From Micavibrio sp. TMED2 (GTDB taxonomy: Bacteria; Pseudomonadota; Alphaproteobacteria; TMED2), in contig NHBH01000009.1 in NCBI GenBank assembly GCA_002168225.1, forward strand, positions 785,115-849,114: a stretch of DNA of 64,000 nt. Direction: 5' to 3'. Each line of letters begins with the position of its first letter. Positions within the stretch are counted from its first letter, which is position 1. A model generated the notes under the pieces. It was not told the origin of the DNA. It did not search any database and saw nothing but the letters and a program-made list of their open reading frames with translations. Of this stretch, positions 60,770-64,000 are shown one piece after another. Both the position numbers and the translations under genes were made by a program.

Positions 60770-61276
60770 ATGCGTCGTCATCCCGCCGATCCTGATAGTA
60801 TATCAGGCACGATCCTGTATGCGCCAAATTCCAGATTGTCCGCGCCGGTAAATCTGCCTGTACTGCCACCATTGCTGCCGGATGTGCCGTTGATCCTGAT
60901 CGTCGAGGACAACAAGGTCAATCAGCGGCTCGTGCGGGATATTATCCGGGTGCAGGGCTGGAACAGCATTGAAACCGAAACCGTCGGCGATGCGAGACAG
61001 ATTCTGCGCATGTTGCGGGTGCGCGGTGAGATGCCAGCGGCAATCCTGCTCGATATTCGCCTGCCGGATGAATCGGGTCTCGTGCTGGCCCGTGAACTGA
61101 AGGCCGACAGGCACTGGAAATCGGTACCGATCATTGCCGTTACGGCGCTGGCGATGAATAATGATGAGGGACGAATACTGGACGCCGGGTGTGATGCCTA
61201 TATCGCTAAACCGATTTCCGTAAGCGAATTGACGGAAACTGTTCAAAAATATGTCTCGTCCAGTACACTGGCCTAG
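60770..61276 (+). CDS. divK: Single-domain response regulator DivK (coding ORF; probable true start is the internal GTG near 60884)
   Basis: LILIVEDNKVNQRL...LLDIRLPDESG...DAYIAKPISV matches DivK. The first ~38 codons of the ORF are a Pro/Leu-rich non-REC extension. Confidence 0.75.
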   Translation: MRRHPADPDSISGTILYAPNSRLSAPVNLPVLPPLLPDVPLILIVEDNKVNQRLVRDIIRVQGWNSIETETVGDARQILRMLRVRGEMPAAILLDIRLPDESGLVLARELKADRHWKSVPIIAVTALAMNNDEGRILDAGCDAYIAKPISVSELTETVQKYVSSSTLA

Positions 61277-61353
61277 TATGTTTTTGGTTGATGCCTGATG
61301 ATGGTGTTGTACCTTGAACGTTGTTCTTTTGCTCTTTTCCTATTGGCGCACCT

Positions 61354-62814
61354 ATGACCGCTCGCGTCCTTGTTGTTGACGACGTATTGCCCAACGTGAA
61401 ACTTCTCGCTGCCAAACTGCAGCGGGAATATTTTGACGTTGTGACGGCCTTTAATGGTCAGGAGGCGCTCCAGAAGGTTCAGGAAGAGAGCCCTGATATC
61501 ATCCTGCTTGATGTTATGATGCCCGGCATGGACGGGTTTGAGGTCTGTGAGCGGATCAAGGCGGACCCGGAAACCGCCCATATTCCGATCGTCATGGTGA
61601 CCGCGCTGTCGGATACTTCTGACCGTGTCCGTGGTCTTGAGGCCGGTGCCGATGATTTCCTGACCAAGCCGGTCAATGATGTCGCCCTGTTTGCCCGCGT
61701 TCGCTCCCTTGTGCGTCTGAAGATGACCATGGATGAATGGCGTCTGCGCCAGAACACCTCCGGTCAACTCGGTGTTTTGATGGGCGAGAACAGCCTGCAG
61801 GAAGAATCCTATGAGGACGGTTACGTTCTCGTGGTCGAGGACAGCGCGATTGATCGTGACAAGATCAACGAGACTCTGCTGCGCGACCGTCACCATGTGC
61901 GCGCAGTCGAGCGGGGCGAGGATGCCATTTCCGCCCTGCAGGAAGAGGATTTCGATCTGGTGGTCGTATCCCTCGCGCTGGAGAACGAGGATGGCTTGCG
62001 CTTCTGCTCGCATCTTCGCTCGAACGAACGGACCCGGCAGATACCGATCCTTGCGATTGCTGACGAGAGCGACCTCGAGCGCAGTGCCAAGGGGCTGGAG
62101 ATCGGCGTAAACGACTATATCCTGAAGCCGATGGACCGGAACGAGTTGCTGGCGCGCAGCCGTACCCAGATCCGCCGTCGCCGCTATCAGGAGCGCCTGC
62201 GCCTGAATTACGAAGAGAGCCTGTCTCTGGCGCTGACCGACAGCCTGACCGGGCTGTTCAACCGCCGGTACCTGCTGGCGCACCTGCGGCGTCTGCTTGA
62301 CCGGATTGCCGAGAACAAGAAGCCGCTCTCAACCCTCATTTTCGACGTCGATCACTTCAAACTGGTCAACGACAATCATGGCCATGCCGTGGGTGATGAG
62401 GTCTTGCGTGAACTGGCCCAGCGGGTTGCCAATGGCGCGCGCAGCTTTGACCTTGTCGCGCGTATCGGTGGTGAGGAATTTGCCGTCGTACTGCCTGACA
62501 GCGGGCTTGATACTGCTATGGCTGTCGCCGAACGCCTGCGCAAGAGCTGTGAGAGCCGCCCGTTTCGTGTCTCTGGTCCGGTCGGTGAACTCAACGTCAC
62601 GATCAGTATTGGTGTTGCCTATGCCACCAGCCCGGATGAAAACCCGCTGGAATTGATCAAACGGGCGGATGAGGGGCTGTATATGGCCAAGCGCAGTGGC
62701 CGGAACAAGGTCTGTACGGTTGAAGACCTTGAGGTCGCGCGCCAGAAAGAGGCATCAATCGGCAAGGCCGGTGGTGAAGCCACTGCAACCTCGGATGATA
62801 CCGCGCCGGTATAA
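61354..62814 (+). CDS. pleD: Response regulator / diguanylate cyclase PleD (REC-REC-GGDEF)
   Basis: Two receiver domains then a GGDEF domain with RIGGEEF active site and an I-site RxxD upstream. Conserved divK-pleD operon. Confidence 0.88.
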   Translation: MTARVLVVDDVLPNVKLLAAKLQREYFDVVTAFNGQEALQKVQEESPDIILLDVMMPGMDGFEVCERIKADPETAHIPIVMVTALSDTSDRVRGLEAGADDFLTKPVNDVALFARVRSLVRLKMTMDEWRLRQNTSGQLGVLMGENSLQEESYEDGYVLVVEDSAIDRDKINETLLRDRHHVRAVERGEDAISALQEEDFDLVVVSLALENEDGLRFCSHLRSNERTRQIPILAIADESDLERSAKGLEIGVNDYILKPMDRNELLARSRTQIRRRRYQERLRLNYEESLSLALTDSLTGLFNRRYLLAHLRRLLDRIAENKKPLSTLIFDVDHFKLVNDNHGHAVGDEVLRELAQRVANGARSFDLVARIGGEEFAVVLPDSGLDTAMAVAERLRKSCESRPFRVSGPVGELNVTISIGVAYATSPDENPLELIKRADEGLYMAKRSGRNKVCTVEDLEVARQKEASIGKAGGEATATSDDTAPV

Positions 62815-62855
62815 GGCGGTTCGAGCCGCTCTACGGTTTTCCCATACAGCATTTC

Positions 62856-62896
62856 GGAAACGAAAAATGGCGGGATACGCTGATGCGCCCCGCCAT
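62856..62896 (-). terminator. Candidate rho-independent terminator of rpmG
   Basis: On the minus strand, hairpin ATGGCGGG...CCCGCCAT followed by TTTTCGTTTCC. Confidence 0.4.
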
Positions 62897-62940
62897 AAAA
62901 CAGTTTCCGGACAAGTCGGAACCCTGTGAAGCCTTATGGC

Positions 62941-63108
62941 TTACTTCATTTTCTCTTCTTTGAAGATGACGTGCTTGCGAACCCGTGGGTCATACTTACG
63001 GAATTGCATTTTTTCGGTCATCTGACGTGGGTTCTTTTTCGCCACGTAGAAATAGCCCGTGTCGGCAGTGCTGACGAGCTTGACGAGGATGGTTGCTGAT
63101 TTAGCCAT
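62941..63108 (-). CDS. rpmG: 50S ribosomal protein L33 (55 aa)
   Basis: Manual translation [55 protein letters not shown]. Absent from the ORF track because it is under 60 aa. Confidence 0.88.
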   Translation of the reverse strand: MAKSATILVKLVSTADTGYFYVAKKNPRQMTEKMQFRKYDPRVRKHVIFKEEKMK

Positions 63109-63308
63109 CGGTTTGGTTCCTTAAAAACAAAATGCGCTGCTGACCGACTACAAGGCTCCGGGGTGCGTGTCGCACAATCCGCGGACGATATAACGGCCAT
63201 TTAGTAAATTCGTGAGCGGGAGATTTATGCTGCTATCCCACAGATGTCAAGAAAGGACACGCAGGGCAGGGATGATTTAACCCGGTTGAGCGCCCGGGAT
63301 GCGGCAAA

Positions 63309-64000
63309 TCACTGTTTCAGCTGATTGACAATAATGCCGGTTGTTGAGGCCGACTGAATTGAATCGCCGGTATTGCGGCTGGCGACGGTCGAACTGCTGC
63401 CGGAGCTGATTTCTGCAATCAGGCTTGGGCTGTTGATCAGCAGCTTGGCAATTTCCTGATCCTCGGTCGCGGCCTCGCTGTTTGGCGGGCAGGCCTTGCG
63501 ACCGGCTGAGGCGATATTGACCACAAGCTCGTGGTTCGGCTTTACCTCGTGATTTTCATATTGCAGGTGATCATGCCAAATCATCCGGGTTGGCTTGGCG
63601 CGCTGGAGTACATCGGTCAGCAGCGGGCCGGTGGTACCGGCGCGGCGTAACTCGCCTTGGCTGGTGCAGATATTCGGCAGGATGCCAACATCATGCAGGC
63701 CATGACCATCGGGGGTGAAGATTTCCGACCATGTCACGAACAACTCGCCGTCATTGGGCAGGCGGGTGACGGTCTGGACGCTGCCCTTGCCGTATGAGGC
63801 GCTGCCGACCACGACGGCGCGACCGCTTTCCTGCAGAGCCGCGGCGACAACCTCGGCTGCAGAGGCGGAGCCGCCATTGACTAGCACGACAATCGGCGCG
63901 CCATTCAGGATATCGAGATCATCTGCGGAGAAACTCTGGAAGCTCTCGGGGTGGCGCCCGGCAGTCCGGATGATCCGGCCCCGTTTGATGAACAGGTCAG
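63309..64000 (-). CDS. ctpA: S41-family C-terminal processing peptidase (CtpA-like); 3' portion only, gene continues past the window end
   Basis: MLVNGGSASAAEVVAAALQ..GRAVVVGSASYGKGSVQ catalytic Ser/Lys region. Confidence 0.8.
   Translation of the reverse strand, partial: DLFIKRGRIIRTAGRHPESFQSFSADDLDILNGAPIVVLVNGGSASAAEVVAAALQESGRAVVVGSASYGKGSVQTVTRLPNDGELFVTWSEIFTPDGHGLHDVGILPNICTSQGELRRAGTTGPLLTDVLQRAKPTRMIWHDHLQYENHEVKPNHELVVNIASAGRKACPPNSEAATEDQEIAKLLINSPSLIAEISSGSSSTVASRNTGDSIQSASTTGIIVNQLKQ

Noticed and set aside
60718-60790. Searched for an SOS box upstream of dinB
   Set aside because: No GTTC-N7-GTTC (alphaproteobacterial LexA) or CTGT-N8-ACAG motif is present in the short dinB/divK divergent region.
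63018-63200. 60-aa minus-strand ORF
   Set aside because: It overlaps rpmG in another frame. rpmG translates to a canonical L33.

Overview
This is a high-GC (about 60%), almost gap-free stretch of core chromosome from an alphaproteobacterium, with Rhodospirillales-like gene order. Most of it is conserved housekeeping synteny. One block runs yfgM-like, bamB, der. A long minus-strand array runs rpsF, rpsR, DUF2232, rplI, dnaB, alr, mlaE, mlaF, radA, cvpA, purF; its genes are chained by short overlaps or short gaps. A fatty-acid block runs fabD, fabG, acpP, fabF, mltG, yicC, gmk. Further blocks are rsmA(ksgA), pdxA, surA, lptG, lptF; then pepA, holC, ndk; purN, purM; DUF2066, AI-2E transporter, hdaA; a polyphosphate locus (ygiF-like CYTH-CHAD, sixA-like, ppk1, ppx); rnd; frmB, frmA; aspS; a methyltransferase and an EipB-like gene; dinB; divK, pleD; rpmG; and a partial S41 peptidase. 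I found no rRNA, tRNA, CRISPR array, insertion sequence, integrase or prophage signature. The only accessory-looking segment is the first ~6 kb. There a 5'-truncated bacterial voltage-gated Na-channel-family gene (BacNaV, unusual TLEGW filter) ends in an ATGA overlap with a MoxR-family AAA+ ATPase gene. The MoxR gene is separated from its expected CoxE-like VWA partner gene by an antisense ompW gene. Between ompW and the VWA gene sits a perfect FNR/CRP-family palindrome. The VWA gene is followed by a 480-aa orphan protein with an N-terminal coiled coil and a C-terminal degenerate Gly/Asp pentapeptide-like repeat tail, and then by a convergent 251-aa orphan. Channel, MoxR, VWA and the orphan may form a previously undescribed functional module. 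This is an inference to be tested by comparative genomics, not an established system. A second point of interest is a SixA-like histidine phosphatase gene tightly linked to a CYTH-CHAD gene, divergent from ppk1-ppx. Several starts are non-ATG (GTG or TTG), and several ORF-track starts were trimmed to internal methionines. The ORF track is full of long antisense shadow ORFs typical of GC-rich DNA, and I rejected those.
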